From Escherichia coli (lineage in GTDB: Bacteria; Pseudomonadota; Gammaproteobacteria; Enterobacterales; Enterobacteriaceae), in the NCBI RefSeq assembly GCF_024502345.1, contig NZ_JALDNN010000001.1: a DNA stretch of 64,000 nucleotides. One strand, given 5' to 3'. The notes beneath the pieces are model-generated. The model was not told the origin of the DNA. It saw only the letters and a program-made list of their open reading frames with translations, and did no database searches. A program made the translations under genes and the position numbers. Positions 1-10,377 of this stretch are shown piece after piece; the stretch's first letter is position 1; each line of letters starts with the position of its first letter.

Positions 1-2
1 GT

Positions 3-524
3 TTGCGGACTTCCATTCGCCTCAATGCTGCCAGCGTGACCTGCGCGTATCGTCGTGATGAAGTCAGTATGCCGGGCTCGCGCAAAGAGGTGGTCAATGC
101 GCGCGAGGAAGGTGTCGAGTTTCAGTTCAATGTTCAGCCGCAATATATCGCTTGTGACGAAGATGGGCGTTTAACTGCAGTGGGCCTGATTCGTACCGCC
201 ATGGGGGAGCCGGGGCCGGATGGTCGCCGTCGTCCTCGTCCGGTAGCGGGTTCAGAGTTTGAATTGCCCGCCGATGTTCTCATTATGGCCTTTGGTTTCC
301 AGGCGCATGCCATGCCGTGGTTGCAGGGCAGCGGAATTAAACTCGATAAATGGGGCCTGATTCAAACCGGTGACGTCGGGTATTTACCTACCCAGACGCA
401 TCTGAAAAAAGTCTTTGCTGGTGGGGATGCAGTTCATGGCGCGGATCTGGTTGTCACTGCCATGGCCGCAGGAAGGCAGGCGGCGCGCGATATGTTAACT
501 CTGTTTGATACGAAGGCATCGTGA
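3..524 (+). CDS. ygfT: 3' end of GltD-like NAD(P)H-dependent oxidoreductase (partial, start lies outside window)
   Basis: ORF 3..524 translation has FAD/NAD-binding C-terminal motifs ([25 protein letters not shown]); gene order matches the recalled reference arrangement next to ygfS. Confidence 0.75.
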   Translation: MRTSIRLNAASVTCAYRRDEVSMPGSRKEVVNAREEGVEFQFNVQPQYIACDEDGRLTAVGLIRTAMGEPGPDGRRRPRPVAGSEFELPADVLIMAFGFQAHAMPWLQGSGIKLDKWGLIQTGDVGYLPTQTHLKKVFAGGDAVHGADLVVTAMAAGRQAARDMLTLFDTKAS

Positions 525-1012
525 TGAAATCGTTAATTATCGTTAATCCGGCTGACTGTATTGGCTGCCGTACTTGTGAAGTGGCCTGTGTGGTCGCTCA
601 CCCTTCAGAACAGGAGTTGAATGCCGATGTCTTTTTACCCCGGCTGAAGGTACAGCGACTGGACTGCATCAGTGCGCCGGTGATGTGCCATCAGTGTGAA
701 AACGCCCCTTGTGTTGGCGCTTGCCCCGTGGGGGCGCTGGCGATGGGCGAGCAGGTGGTGCAGACCAATTCTGCCCGTTGTATTGGCTGTCAGAGCTGTG
801 TCAGTGCGTGTCCGTTTGGGATGATCACCATTCAGTCGTTGCCGGGGGATACCCGGCAACAAATCGTGAAATGCGATCTCTGTGAACAGCGGGAAGAGGG
901 GCCAGCCTGCGTTGAATCTTGCCCGACACAGGCGCTGCAGTTGCTTACTGAAAGAGAACTCAGGCGAATCCGCCAGCAGCGTATTGTTGCCAGCGGTGAG
1001 AATCCTCTCTGA
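521..1012 (+). CDS. ygfS: 4Fe-4S ferredoxin-type electron transfer subunit
   Basis: 163 aa ORF with several CxxCxxCxxxCP clusters; start overlaps the ygfT stop. Confidence 0.8.
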   Translation: MMKSLIIVNPADCIGCRTCEVACVVAHPSEQELNADVFLPRLKVQRLDCISAPVMCHQCENAPCVGACPVGALAMGEQVVQTNSARCIGCQSCVSACPFGMITIQSLPGDTRQQIVKCDLCEQREEGPACVESCPTQALQLLTERELRRIRQQRIVASGENPL

Positions 1013-1047
1013 AAGAAATCTCCGCGCTGAAAGGCGCGGAGAATCTA

Positions 1048-2415
1048 TTAGATTGCCCAACCACCCGCGTAAAATGCGACCAGTGCGGCAGTAATGATCA
1101 CCGTACCAATATTCAGCTTTTGCCATTCGCGTGCAAAGACGCGGCCTACGACCAGTGTCACAAAGCCCAGCATAATACCGGTAACGATATTACAAGTTAG
1201 AACGATGAACACGGCACACACCAGGCCAGCCATAGCGTCAATAAAATCATTGAAATCCAGCTTCGAGACGTTACTTAACATCAGCAAACCTACGTACATC
1301 AGAGCGGGTGCAGTGGCGTAACCAGGGATCAAAAATGACAGCGGTGATAAGAACAGAATCAGCAGGAATAACGCCCCCACTACGGTTGCGGTTAACCCTG
1401 TTTTACCCCCGGCGGCGGTTCCTGCCGCTGATTCGATATAAACCGCTGCGGGCGCTGCGCCCACCAGGCCGGAGAATATTGAACTTACTGAGTCACTGGT
1501 CAGGGCTTTGCCGCCGTTGATGATCTGGTTGTCTTTATCCAACAAATTCGCCTGACCGGCGACGGCACGGATGGTGCCAGTGGCGTCGAACACTGCGGTC
1601 ATCACCAATGCCAGTACACTCGGAAGTACAGTTGGCTGGAGTGCGCCCATAATATCGAGGCTAAAAATCAGAGACTTACCATCTTCGCCAGTCAGGCTTG
1701 GCATCGCCACCAGACCGTGGTATTTCACCGCTGGATCAAAGATTAAGCCGATGATCGAGATGGCAATAATCACCAACAAGATCCCGCCGGGTACGCGGCA
1801 CTTTTCCAGGCCGAAGATGACCGCCAGCCCCAGCAAGCTCATCATCACCGGGAAGGAGGTAAACGCACCGAGCGCCACTGGCAAGCCTTCAATCGGGTTT
1901 TTGATAACCATTCCCACACCGTTAGCAGCAATCAGCAGCAGAAACAGGCCGATACCGATACCTGTACCGTGAGCTATCCCCATCGGTAAATTACGTAAGA
2001 TCCAGGTACGCACCCCGGTTACGGAAATGGCGGTGAAGATGACGCCCATCAGAAAGACCGCGCCCAGTGCGACAGGAACGCTAATTTGTTGCCCGAGTAC
2101 CAGACTGAATGCGGTAAACGCCGTCAAGGAAATCGCGCAACCAATCGCCATTGGCAAATTGGCCCATAATCCCATCAGCAACGAGCCGAAGCCCGCGACC
2201 AGACAGGTGGCAACAAACACAGCTGCGGGAGGAAAACCTGCTTTGCCCAGCATTCCCGGAACGACGATAACGGAATAAACCATGGCCAGAAAGGTCGTTA
2301 AGCCAGCCAGTACTTCCTGACGAACAGTACTGCCACGAGCGGTAATTTTAAAATAATTATCCAGCGCGCCCTGTGGCTTTGGTGCGTCCGGTGTTTGTAG
2401 GATGTCTCCAGACAT
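1048..2415 (-). CDS. ghxQ: guanine/hypoxanthine permease (NCS2 family)
   Basis: 455 aa polytopic membrane ORF, N-terminus [45 protein letters not shown] typical of AzgA-like purine permeases. Confidence 0.85.
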   Translation of the reverse strand: MSGDILQTPDAPKPQGALDNYFKITARGSTVRQEVLAGLTTFLAMVYSVIVVPGMLGKAGFPPAAVFVATCLVAGFGSLLMGLWANLPMAIGCAISLTAFTAFSLVLGQQISVPVALGAVFLMGVIFTAISVTGVRTWILRNLPMGIAHGTGIGIGLFLLLIAANGVGMVIKNPIEGLPVALGAFTSFPVMMSLLGLAVIFGLEKCRVPGGILLVIIAISIIGLIFDPAVKYHGLVAMPSLTGEDGKSLIFSLDIMGALQPTVLPSVLALVMTAVFDATGTIRAVAGQANLLDKDNQIINGGKALTSDSVSSIFSGLVGAAPAAVYIESAAGTAAGGKTGLTATVVGALFLLILFLSPLSFLIPGYATAPALMYVGLLMLSNVSKLDFNDFIDAMAGLVCAVFIVLTCNIVTGIMLGFVTLVVGRVFAREWQKLNIGTVIITAALVAFYAGGWAI

Positions 2416-2450
2416 AATGATGTCCTCACGAGGATGTAAAAGTTTTATTA

Positions 2451-3770
2451 TTAGTTGCGTTCGTACACCAGACGACCATCAACGTAGGTGCGGTAGATCG
2501 AACGGTCATCGCCCAACGTCATCATCACGAACAATTTGTCGACTAAAGAAACAGAGTTGTCATAGCGCAGCTGCTGTAGCGGAGTGGCGGTGGGTTCCAT
2601 CACCACGAAATCAGCCTCTTTGCCAGGTAAAAAGTTGCCAATCAAATCGTCAAGGCCCAGAGATTTCGCTCCGCCGAGCGTGGCCAGGTAAAACGCTTCA
2701 TATGCCGAGAGGCGATAGCCTTGTAATTGCAACACTTTGTAGGCTTCGTTCAGCGTTTGCAGCATGTTGAAAGTGGTTCCGGCACCGATATCCGTTCCCA
2801 TGCCCACTTTGACTTTCTTCTGCCATGCTTTTTTCAAGTTGAATAAGCCGCTGCCGAGGTAAAGGTTGGAGGTCGGACAGAAAGCAATGCTGGATTTGGT
2901 TTCGCTGAGACGATCCCACTCTTTTTCTTCGAGATGGACGCAGTGAGCAAAGACACAGTTTTTACCGGTCAGGCCGTACTGATGGTAAACATCCAGATAA
3001 CCATCATGGTCAGGATAAAGCGAGTTCACCCAGGCAATTTCATCTTTGTTTTCACAGAGATGGGTATGTACCCACGTATCCGGATATTCCTCTTTCAGGC
3101 GTTGCGCCATCGCCATCTGTTCAGGAGAAGAAGTAGGGGCGAAGCGTGGTGTAATCGCATATAGCAGACGACCATTTTTGTGCCAGCGTTCAATCAGTTC
3201 TTTGCTTTGGTGATAGCTGCTTTCGGCAGTGTCGAGCAGATAATCCGGTGCGTTACGGTCCATCATCACCTTACCGGCAATCATACGCATATTGATATGA
3301 CTGGCGGCTTCAAACAGCGCATCAACGGATTGCGGATGAACAGTGCCAAACACCAGCGCCGTGGTGGTTCCGTTACGTAAAAGCTGCTTGATGAAGAACG
3401 CCGACATTTCGCGGGCGTACTCTAAATCCTCATAACGCCGTTCAGTAGGGAAGGTGTGTTTATTCAACCACTCCAGCAATTGCTCACCATAGGCCCCCAC
3501 CATTTCACTTTGCGGATAATGGATATGTGTATCGACAAAGCCCGGTACTATCAGTTTGCCGCGATAGTCGCGCACGCGAATGGTGTCAGGAATTTGATGC
3601 TTTCCGTTTTCCCATTCGCCAAACCATTCCACTTTTCCCTGTTTAATGAGTAATAAACCATCCTCAATAAACCGCAGCGCAGAGGCAATCTCTTCCGGGT
3701 TATCGACCGTACGGGTGACATCAATAAAACTGCCTCGTACCGCTTTTAACGTGTGTTCTCCTGACATCAT
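2451..3770 (-). CDS. guaD: guanine deaminase
   Basis: ORF 2451..3890 trimmed to the ATGATG at 3770 ([11 protein letters not shown]...); amidohydrolase metal-binding HxH motif ([12 protein letters not shown]); 439 aa. Confidence 0.85.
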   Translation of the reverse strand: MMSGEHTLKAVRGSFIDVTRTVDNPEEIASALRFIEDGLLLIKQGKVEWFGEWENGKHQIPDTIRVRDYRGKLIVPGFVDTHIHYPQSEMVGAYGEQLLEWLNKHTFPTERRYEDLEYAREMSAFFIKQLLRNGTTTALVFGTVHPQSVDALFEAASHINMRMIAGKVMMDRNAPDYLLDTAESSYHQSKELIERWHKNGRLLYAITPRFAPTSSPEQMAMAQRLKEEYPDTWVHTHLCENKDEIAWVNSLYPDHDGYLDVYHQYGLTGKNCVFAHCVHLEEKEWDRLSETKSSIAFCPTSNLYLGSGLFNLKKAWQKKVKVGMGTDIGAGTTFNMLQTLNEAYKVLQLQGYRLSAYEAFYLATLGGAKSLGLDDLIGNFLPGKEADFVVMEPTATPLQQLRYDNSVSLVDKLFVMMTLGDDRSIYRTYVDGRLVYERN

Positions 3771-3784
3771 TGACTCCTTTACTG

Positions 3785-5185
3785 TTAATCCATCTCTTCC
3801 GCTGAGGTAATACCAGGCAGAACGTTTTCCTGTCGGTAGCCACCAGGGAGGATAATATTTAATAAAATCGCAGTTAACCCGCCAGCACAAATAGGGTTTT
3901 CAACTAATACATAAATAGAGGCTGGCAATATTTTAAAAATTTCGGGATCGTAGGAGACGCCAAGCCCTAAACCTAAAGAAGTGGCGACAATAAGTGTTTC
4001 ACGCCGCTTTAATCCGTTGGTGATGATGATGCGAATCCCAGCGATGGCAATCATGGAAAACATCAACGTCATTGCGCCTCCCAGAACTGCCGAGGGAATG
4101 GTCGTGAAGAAGCCGCCAATCATCGGAAATAAGCCGAGGATAACCAGCATTACCGCGATGGTTCGCCCGACATAACGTGAAGCGACGCCAGTCATCTGAA
4201 TAACCCCATTATTTTGCGCAAACGTGGTTAATGGTAATGAACCGACAGCGGAGGCGATAACAGAAACCAGACCATCTGCCAGCACGCCGCCTTTCAGTCG
4301 GGACTGATACTCTTCCCCCTGAATGGGGCGGCGGGAAACCATTGCCGTGGCGGTGATATCGCCGACTGCTTCCAGCACGCTAAGCAGATAAATCGTGCCA
4401 ACCACCAGGAACTGATGGAAGCTAAAACTAAAGCCGTATTTGAACGGATGCGGGATGGTGATTAACGGCAAATTGCGCATACTGCTGAAATCCACCATGC
4501 CCAGGCATAACGATGCGATATAGCCGACACATAGCCCAATGGCGATCCCTCCCATGCGTAGCAACGGACTGCGACAGCAGTTAAAGCCGATCACCACAAT
4601 TAAAACCAATAAACCAACGCCGAGATGTTCGTAATTGCCGAACGTACCGCTGCTTTTGGCTGCAAATCCTCCACCAAAATCGATAATGCCGACTTTAATC
4701 AGGCTTAAGCCGATCATCAGTACCACAATACCGCTGACGGTAGGCGTAATAACCCGACGTAAATAGGGCAAGATAAATGAAGATCCGACAACCAGAAATG
4801 CGCCAACGAAGGAGACGCCGAGAAGCGACGACATGATTAACTCTTCGTGAAAACCGTCGCTTTTCATGCTGCTGCCCAGCGCAATCATGACCGTAACAAA
4901 TGAAAAATTGACTGACTGAATTGAGAGTAGGCCAGAACCGACGATGCCGTAGCGGTTTACTTGTAACCAGGTACCAATACCAGAGGCGATCATCGCCATA
5001 GAAACAAGATAGGCGGTTGTTTCAGCGGAAAGCTGTAAGGCCGCACCCACGATTAACACGGGGGTTACCATCGGAACGAAAATTGCCAACAGATGGGTAA
5101 TGGCACCAACGAGAGCCTGATGAAAGGGAGGGCGATCCTCCAGTTCAAATATAAGGTCAGAACCTGCATGGTTTATATCAGACAT
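3785..5185 (-). CDS. xanQ: xanthine permease (NCS2 family)
   Basis: ORF 3785..5242 trimmed to internal Met (MSDINHAGSDLIFELEDRPPFHQAL...); 466 aa membrane protein. Confidence 0.85.
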   Translation of the reverse strand: MSDINHAGSDLIFELEDRPPFHQALVGAITHLLAIFVPMVTPVLIVGAALQLSAETTAYLVSMAMIASGIGTWLQVNRYGIVGSGLLSIQSVNFSFVTVMIALGSSMKSDGFHEELIMSSLLGVSFVGAFLVVGSSFILPYLRRVITPTVSGIVVLMIGLSLIKVGIIDFGGGFAAKSSGTFGNYEHLGVGLLVLIVVIGFNCCRSPLLRMGGIAIGLCVGYIASLCLGMVDFSSMRNLPLITIPHPFKYGFSFSFHQFLVVGTIYLLSVLEAVGDITATAMVSRRPIQGEEYQSRLKGGVLADGLVSVIASAVGSLPLTTFAQNNGVIQMTGVASRYVGRTIAVMLVILGLFPMIGGFFTTIPSAVLGGAMTLMFSMIAIAGIRIIITNGLKRRETLIVATSLGLGLGVSYDPEIFKILPASIYVLVENPICAGGLTAILLNIILPGGYRQENVLPGITSAEEMD

Positions 5186-5304
5186 CCCTTCACTCCTTTT
5201 AAAGTAAATTTGATCATCTGAATTAGTAAAATAAATTCCCACGAATTTGGGGCGCAGGACGCCTTGAGAACGGCTTATCTCATTTTCGCAGTCACTATTT
5301 AGTC

Positions 5305-5340
5305 ATCGTCCAAACAGAGAAACAGGCCGCCGAAGCGGCC
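5305..5340 (-). terminator. putative intrinsic terminator downstream of xdhD
   Basis: GC stem GGCCGCTTCGGCGGCC (5325..5340) followed on the minus strand by a T-rich tract (TGTTTCTCTGTTTGG). Confidence 0.4.
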
Positions 5341-5349
5341 ATTTATTAT

Positions 5350-8220
5350 TTATATCTTTTCCAGCGCGGTGAGTATTTTCTCCGGTGTGAAATGCCATTC
5401 GCGTAACCAGATGCCGCATGCATCGTGAATTGCGGTAGCAATCGCCGGAGCTGCGCCATTTACACCGATTTCCGAGATCGATTTCGCCCCGAACGGGCCG
5501 ACTTTATCGTCGCTCGGCACCAGCACTGCGCGGAAATCACGCGGAATGTCACCAATTTTCGGTGCGCCGTAGCTGCGTAAATCACGCGTTAACGGGTGAC
5601 CTTCGGCGTCATAAATGATCTCTTCGCTCATACTGTGGCCGATAGCTCGCAGGGTAGCACCGTAGATTTGTCCCAATGCTAATTCCGGGTTGACCGGTGT
5701 ACCGCAGTCCAGCAAGGCGTAGAATTTATCCAGGCGGATTTCACCCGTACGCGTGTTGACGGCAACTTCAGCGAAGTTTGCGCCATACGGGAAGGCGAAA
5801 TCAGGCGTGATATAACTGCCAGTTCCCACCAGTGAACCAAAGCCGGTGCCGGTTTCGCCTTTATGAGCAATATCCCCGAAGCTGACTTCGCCTTTCTTGC
5901 CGCGCACGACGCCCGGCGTTGCCAGTTGAACATCTGCCACTGCCTCACCCAACATTTGCGCGCCGTGGAACAGAATTTTCTCCCGCAGATTTTCCGCTGC
6001 CAAACGCGCCGCGTTACCTGAGAAGCAAGTACCGGACGAGGCATATGCGCCTTTATCAAACAACGCATGATCGGTATCACCGGAGATAACATGCACGTCC
6101 TGCGGTGGGCAGTGCAGCACTTCTGCTGCCAGTTTCGTCACTACAGTATCCAGACCAGTACCAATATCCGCACCGCCAGAATGAACGATAAAGGTGCCGT
6201 CCGATTCCAGTTTGATCATGCAGTTAGCCTGATCGATATCCGGGATACCCGATTTCTGCATGATAATGGCGACGCCGCGACCGATGTGCCAGTCACCATT
6301 TTGCGGTTTCGGTGACGACCATTGGATCATCTCGCGACCCTGACGCAGGATCTCTTCCAGTGCACAGCTGGCGGCGGAAGGAACGGAGGTCGGCGCTTTA
6401 CCTTCACCGATTGCACCGAGAATTTTCAGCTCTTGCCCTTCGTGTACCCGGTTACGTTCGATAATTTCCAGTTGGTCGATCTGTAACTGTTCAGCCAGTT
6501 CCGCTAATGCCATGGTGATAGCGAAGTTACCTTTCGGTGCGCCATAACCCTGATAAGCACCATTTGGGCAAATGTTGCTGTAGTAGGTGGTGACCTGGAA
6601 ATCGACGTTATCGCACGGATATAACGGCAGCGACAGCGCCGGTCCGTTACACGGTACGGTGAGTGAGTGGTTGCCGTAAGGGCCAGTGTTGGCGCGGAAA
6701 TCCATCTTCACTGCCGTCAGGCGACCATCTTTTTTCGCTCCCAGTTTGACGGTGACTTTCGCGACGTGACGAGAGGTGTTAGCAATAAACTCTTCTTCAC
6801 GGGTGTAGCGGAACAGGACCGGACGCCCGGTCACGCAGGTTGCCCAGGCGCACACTTCTTCCAGCAGGATGTCCTGTTTGGAACCAAAACCGCCGCCAAC
6901 TCGTTCTTTAATGACATGAACTTTATGCTGTTTCATGCCCACGAGGCGCGCGACCTGGCGGCGTAAGTGCCATGGTACCTGGGTGGAGGCGTGGATAACC
7001 AGACGATCGCCGTCCATACGAGTAAAGCAGATATGTGTTTCAGTCGGGCACTGCTGCGCTTGCGTTGAGTTATAGGTTCGCTCAATGATCACATCGGCAT
7101 CGGCAAAGCCTTTGTCCATATCGCCAATATGACCATGAATACTGGCGGCGATATTTTTGCGTGGACGAGAACCGATCGGGAAGTTGATGATCATATGCTC
7201 GCCGCGCTGGGCTGCATGGCTGTTATCGTCTTCCAGAGTATCTGGCGCACCAGCAACATACACAACCGGTTCATCGTGCACGACAGGCGCATCTTCCGCC
7301 ATTGCTTCGTCGATCGACATTACCGGTTTAAGCACTTCATATTCAACGTCGATGAGCTTCAATGCTTCAAGCGCAATTTCTTCACTTTCAGCGACGACCG
7401 CAGCAACACGATCGCCGACGTGACGCATTTTCTTGCCGAACATACGGCGGTCAAGCGGTGACGGTTCCGGTGCGCTCTGCCCCCCCGGGGTATAGTAGAT
7501 ATCCGGGCAATTCAGATGAGTAATAACGTGAACGACGCCCGGTAAGGCTTCAGCTTTGCTGACATCCAGATGAGTAATCAGTGCGTGAGCGTGTGGGCTA
7601 CGTAACATTTTAATGACGCAGGCGTCAGCCGTTACGCGGTCTTCAACATAGCAGGGCTTCGCCTGCACCATTTTTGCGGCATCAGTTTTAGGATAATGCT
7701 TACCAATGACTTCAAGGTCGTCACGGAAAGTCGGAGCGATATCAATGGTGGCCTGCGGATTATTTTTACGTGCAACCGCCAGTTCAATGACCTGATAGTA
7801 TTGTTGCCAGCCTGCATCGCGGCTGAACAAACCAGAAAGCGCGTCGTCGATCTCTTCGCGGGTAGGTGCGGCGATGCGATCGAGAAGATCGGTGATAATC
7901 AGAGCCGCAGCTGGATCGTTATAACCAGACTGCACCACGCCAACATCAACCATTGCCTGTTGAACCAGACTTAACTCGTTCCATTTGCCCAGAGATTCTG
8001 CGGTACGAATATCTGCCTTCTCTAACTGTGCGGCAATAAGCAAGGACGCGTTAACGATATTACCGTTAAAGATAATTGCGTCAGAACCGGCAAACCCGAA
8101 GCCATCATCACTGTTGCGTACAGAGTGCATTCCCATGTTAAACAACAGCTTTTGCACGTTTTCGCCTAGATTAACGGTTAGCTCCTGAGGCGCGCCATTT
8201 AAAGTAAAGTGGATGATCAT
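5350..8220 (-). CDS. xdhD: molybdopterin-dependent hydroxylase (xanthine dehydrogenase family) with N-terminal Fe-S domain
   Basis: 956 aa ORF; aldehyde oxidase/xanthine dehydrogenase molybdopterin-binding domain motifs (GGGFGSK, GTGLDTV). Confidence 0.85.
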   Translation of the reverse strand: MIIHFTLNGAPQELTVNLGENVQKLLFNMGMHSVRNSDDGFGFAGSDAIIFNGNIVNASLLIAAQLEKADIRTAESLGKWNELSLVQQAMVDVGVVQSGYNDPAAALIITDLLDRIAAPTREEIDDALSGLFSRDAGWQQYYQVIELAVARKNNPQATIDIAPTFRDDLEVIGKHYPKTDAAKMVQAKPCYVEDRVTADACVIKMLRSPHAHALITHLDVSKAEALPGVVHVITHLNCPDIYYTPGGQSAPEPSPLDRRMFGKKMRHVGDRVAAVVAESEEIALEALKLIDVEYEVLKPVMSIDEAMAEDAPVVHDEPVVYVAGAPDTLEDDNSHAAQRGEHMIINFPIGSRPRKNIAASIHGHIGDMDKGFADADVIIERTYNSTQAQQCPTETHICFTRMDGDRLVIHASTQVPWHLRRQVARLVGMKQHKVHVIKERVGGGFGSKQDILLEEVCAWATCVTGRPVLFRYTREEEFIANTSRHVAKVTVKLGAKKDGRLTAVKMDFRANTGPYGNHSLTVPCNGPALSLPLYPCDNVDFQVTTYYSNICPNGAYQGYGAPKGNFAITMALAELAEQLQIDQLEIIERNRVHEGQELKILGAIGEGKAPTSVPSAASCALEEILRQGREMIQWSSPKPQNGDWHIGRGVAIIMQKSGIPDIDQANCMIKLESDGTFIVHSGGADIGTGLDTVVTKLAAEVLHCPPQDVHVISGDTDHALFDKGAYASSGTCFSGNAARLAAENLREKILFHGAQMLGEAVADVQLATPGVVRGKKGEVSFGDIAHKGETGTGFGSLVGTGSYITPDFAFPYGANFAEVAVNTRTGEIRLDKFYALLDCGTPVNPELALGQIYGATLRAIGHSMSEEIIYDAEGHPLTRDLRSYGAPKIGDIPRDFRAVLVPSDDKVGPFGAKSISEIGVNGAAPAIATAIHDACGIWLREWHFTPEKILTALEKI

Positions 8221-8996
8221 ACGGCTTCCTCCCCAGCCTGTTGGCAGTCGGCATACAGGTCGGCTACCAGAACTCCCGTGATATAGCGTTTATAGGCCAC
8301 GCTGCCCCGCAAATCTTCCTGCGGGAAAATGGCGTTGGCGACAGCCTGTTCAAGTGCATTGCCTTCCAGATTTTGTTTTTCGACATCGTGCAGACGCAGT
8401 GCTTTACTGGCGACGCCATCCAGCGCAATTCGCATACCGTCGTGGTCTGTCATTGCAACGGCTGCCGTCACGACGGTTAAACCTGCCTGAGAACGGCTAA
8501 TTTTGCGGGTCGCACAGGTGCGATACGGATCTTTAATGATAATTTCGGTTAGCAGGCGATCGCATGGGCAGGTCAGGTAGTCCTCGATTGACAGCGTTTC
8601 GCCGTTGCCAAAAACCAGTTCAGCATCCAGTGCCAGCAGGACGGGAAGCAGCACCGACTCTTCCTGCCGGGCGGCGATTTCACCACCAATGGTCGACTGA
8701 TTACGAACATGGCGTGAGTAAACAAAACCGAGGGCTTCACGCAGCGCTGCAGGAATAAATCGCGCATCACGCAGTGGCTGCAAGCGAGACATTGCGCCAA
8801 TCCGCAGTGCACCGTTATCCCAGTCAACCCAGTCCAGTTCCAGATCCTGTAAGGAAATGGCAATCTTTTTATCGGTACGGGTTGGTGTAGCATTGAGTTT
8901 GCTGCCCCCGGCGAACCAGACGGCTTCATCTTGGTAGCGGCGCTTCAGTTCCAGCGCCTGTTCGACAGAGTCGGGCCTGAAAAATTGTTCAATCAT
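8217..8996 (-). CDS. ygfM: FAD-binding subunit of molybdopterin hydroxylase (CoxM/XdhB-like)
   Basis: 259 aa ORF; stop overlaps the xdhD start (translational coupling). Confidence 0.8.
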   Translation of the reverse strand: MIEQFFRPDSVEQALELKRRYQDEAVWFAGGSKLNATPTRTDKKIAISLQDLELDWVDWDNGALRIGAMSRLQPLRDARFIPAALREALGFVYSRHVRNQSTIGGEIAARQEESVLLPVLLALDAELVFGNGETLSIEDYLTCPCDRLLTEIIIKDPYRTCATRKISRSQAGLTVVTAAVAMTDHDGMRIALDGVASKALRLHDVEKQNLEGNALEQAVANAIFPQEDLRGSVAYKRYITGVLVADLYADCQQAGEEAV

Positions 8997-9046
8997 CTTC
9001 TTTCCTTATTTAACCCTCTTCCCTGCGGGAAGAGGGCATCTGTCAT

Positions 9047-10375
9047 TTATGCCAGCGCATCCATCCGACGCCACATACTGGCAGCGGCTTTTCTGGCTTG
9101 TGCATAAATGGAATCGCAATCGAAGTTAAACTGACGGTCTTCATAGACCATCACACCATTGACCATTACGCTGTGAACGCTGCCTGAGCCCATACCGAAA
9201 GCGATATGCCCGGCGATATTGTCTGCCAGCAGCGGCGTCGGCGAGTTGTAATCGCAAATGGTTAAATCAGCTTTGTAACCGGCTTCCAGAAGCCCAAATT
9301 TCGCGCCAAAGTTGCGGCTCATCAGTTCGTTACCGTTAGTCAGGGCTTTGGCAAAACTGTCAGGCCACAGCGGATCACCCGCATCGCGATGTTTAAAGAA
9401 GGCAAATTTCATCTCTTCAAACATGTCCGAACCAATGCCGTCCGTTCCCAACGCCAGATTGCGGATGTCGCTAAGGTGATGGTTGTAGCCGACATGGTTG
9501 TTCATGTTTGAACGGGCGTTATGCACCAGGAACGCATCGCGCTGATTGAGTAGGGCGATGTCATCTTTCGACAAGTACAGCCCATGAGCGACCAGCGTTT
9601 TGCTGTCGATGAGATCGAATTGCGCCAGTCGTGCCAGCAGGTCTTTGCCGTACCAGTGGTGACTGTAGGAAACGTCGTAAAGGTCTTCCGCAGCGTGAAT
9701 ATGCAAACCACGGCCTGTGGCTTTCACGGCTTCACGCAGCATCTCCAGACCGGCATCCGGCACGGTAAACGGCGCGTGAGCACCGATATGTGCTTCCACC
9801 AGATACGGCTCGCTTGTCGCTTTCTTCGCCTCATCAATCAAACGGGCGAAACGGATGTTTTCTTCTACACCTTCCTGCAACTCTTTGATGCCGTTGTTAC
9901 GGTCAGTAGTTTCAAAACAGGTCATTGCGCGCAGGCCAACTTTTAAAAATGCGTCGCGCAATGTGGAGAGCGACCCGCCGATATACGCCGGAGAGGCATG
10001 GTGATCGATAACCGATGTACATCCGCTCTTAATCGCTTCCAGGGAACAAATCAGTCCGCTGTAATAGAGCGACTCTTCATCAAGGGCGCGATCGAGCCGC
10101 CACCAGAGATTTTTCAGCGTTGAGATGAAATCCGGGCAGGGGGCGATGTTTGCCATAATTCCGCGGGAAAGCCCCGAGTAAAAATGGTTGTGCGAGCAGA
10201 CAATTCCCGGCATCACAATCCGACCATGCATCTCTTTGTAGCTGGCATCGGGGTCGCGTTGCGTCAGGGCATCGCCGATAGCGACAATCACGTCATTTTC
10301 GATAGCGATATCAACGCCTTCCTGTACTTTCGCCGGGTGTAACTGCACTGCGGTGACATTCTTCAGAATCAACAT
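9047..10375 (-). CDS. ssnA: amidohydrolase-family protein (putative aminohydrolase)
   Basis: ORF 9047..10441 trimmed to MLILKNVTAVQLHP...; 442 aa; amidohydrolase HxH motif (VCSHNHFY). Confidence 0.8.
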   Translation of the reverse strand: MLILKNVTAVQLHPAKVQEGVDIAIENDVIVAIGDALTQRDPDASYKEMHGRIVMPGIVCSHNHFYSGLSRGIMANIAPCPDFISTLKNLWWRLDRALDEESLYYSGLICSLEAIKSGCTSVIDHHASPAYIGGSLSTLRDAFLKVGLRAMTCFETTDRNNGIKELQEGVEENIRFARLIDEAKKATSEPYLVEAHIGAHAPFTVPDAGLEMLREAVKATGRGLHIHAAEDLYDVSYSHHWYGKDLLARLAQFDLIDSKTLVAHGLYLSKDDIALLNQRDAFLVHNARSNMNNHVGYNHHLSDIRNLALGTDGIGSDMFEEMKFAFFKHRDAGDPLWPDSFAKALTNGNELMSRNFGAKFGLLEAGYKADLTICDYNSPTPLLADNIAGHIAFGMGSGSVHSVMVNGVMVYEDRQFNFDCDSIYAQARKAAASMWRRMDALA

Positions 10376-10377
10376 GA

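Noticed and set aside
2451-3890. N-terminally extended versions of guaD (and similarly xanQ 3785..5242, ssnA 9047..10441, xdhA 26753..29050, hyuA 17943..19340, ppdB 54463..55266)
   Set aside because: The ORF track starts at the first possible start codon, including non-ATG starts; the extensions lack ribosome-binding sites and overlap neighbouring genes or terminators, so internal starts matching the expected protein N-termini were used.
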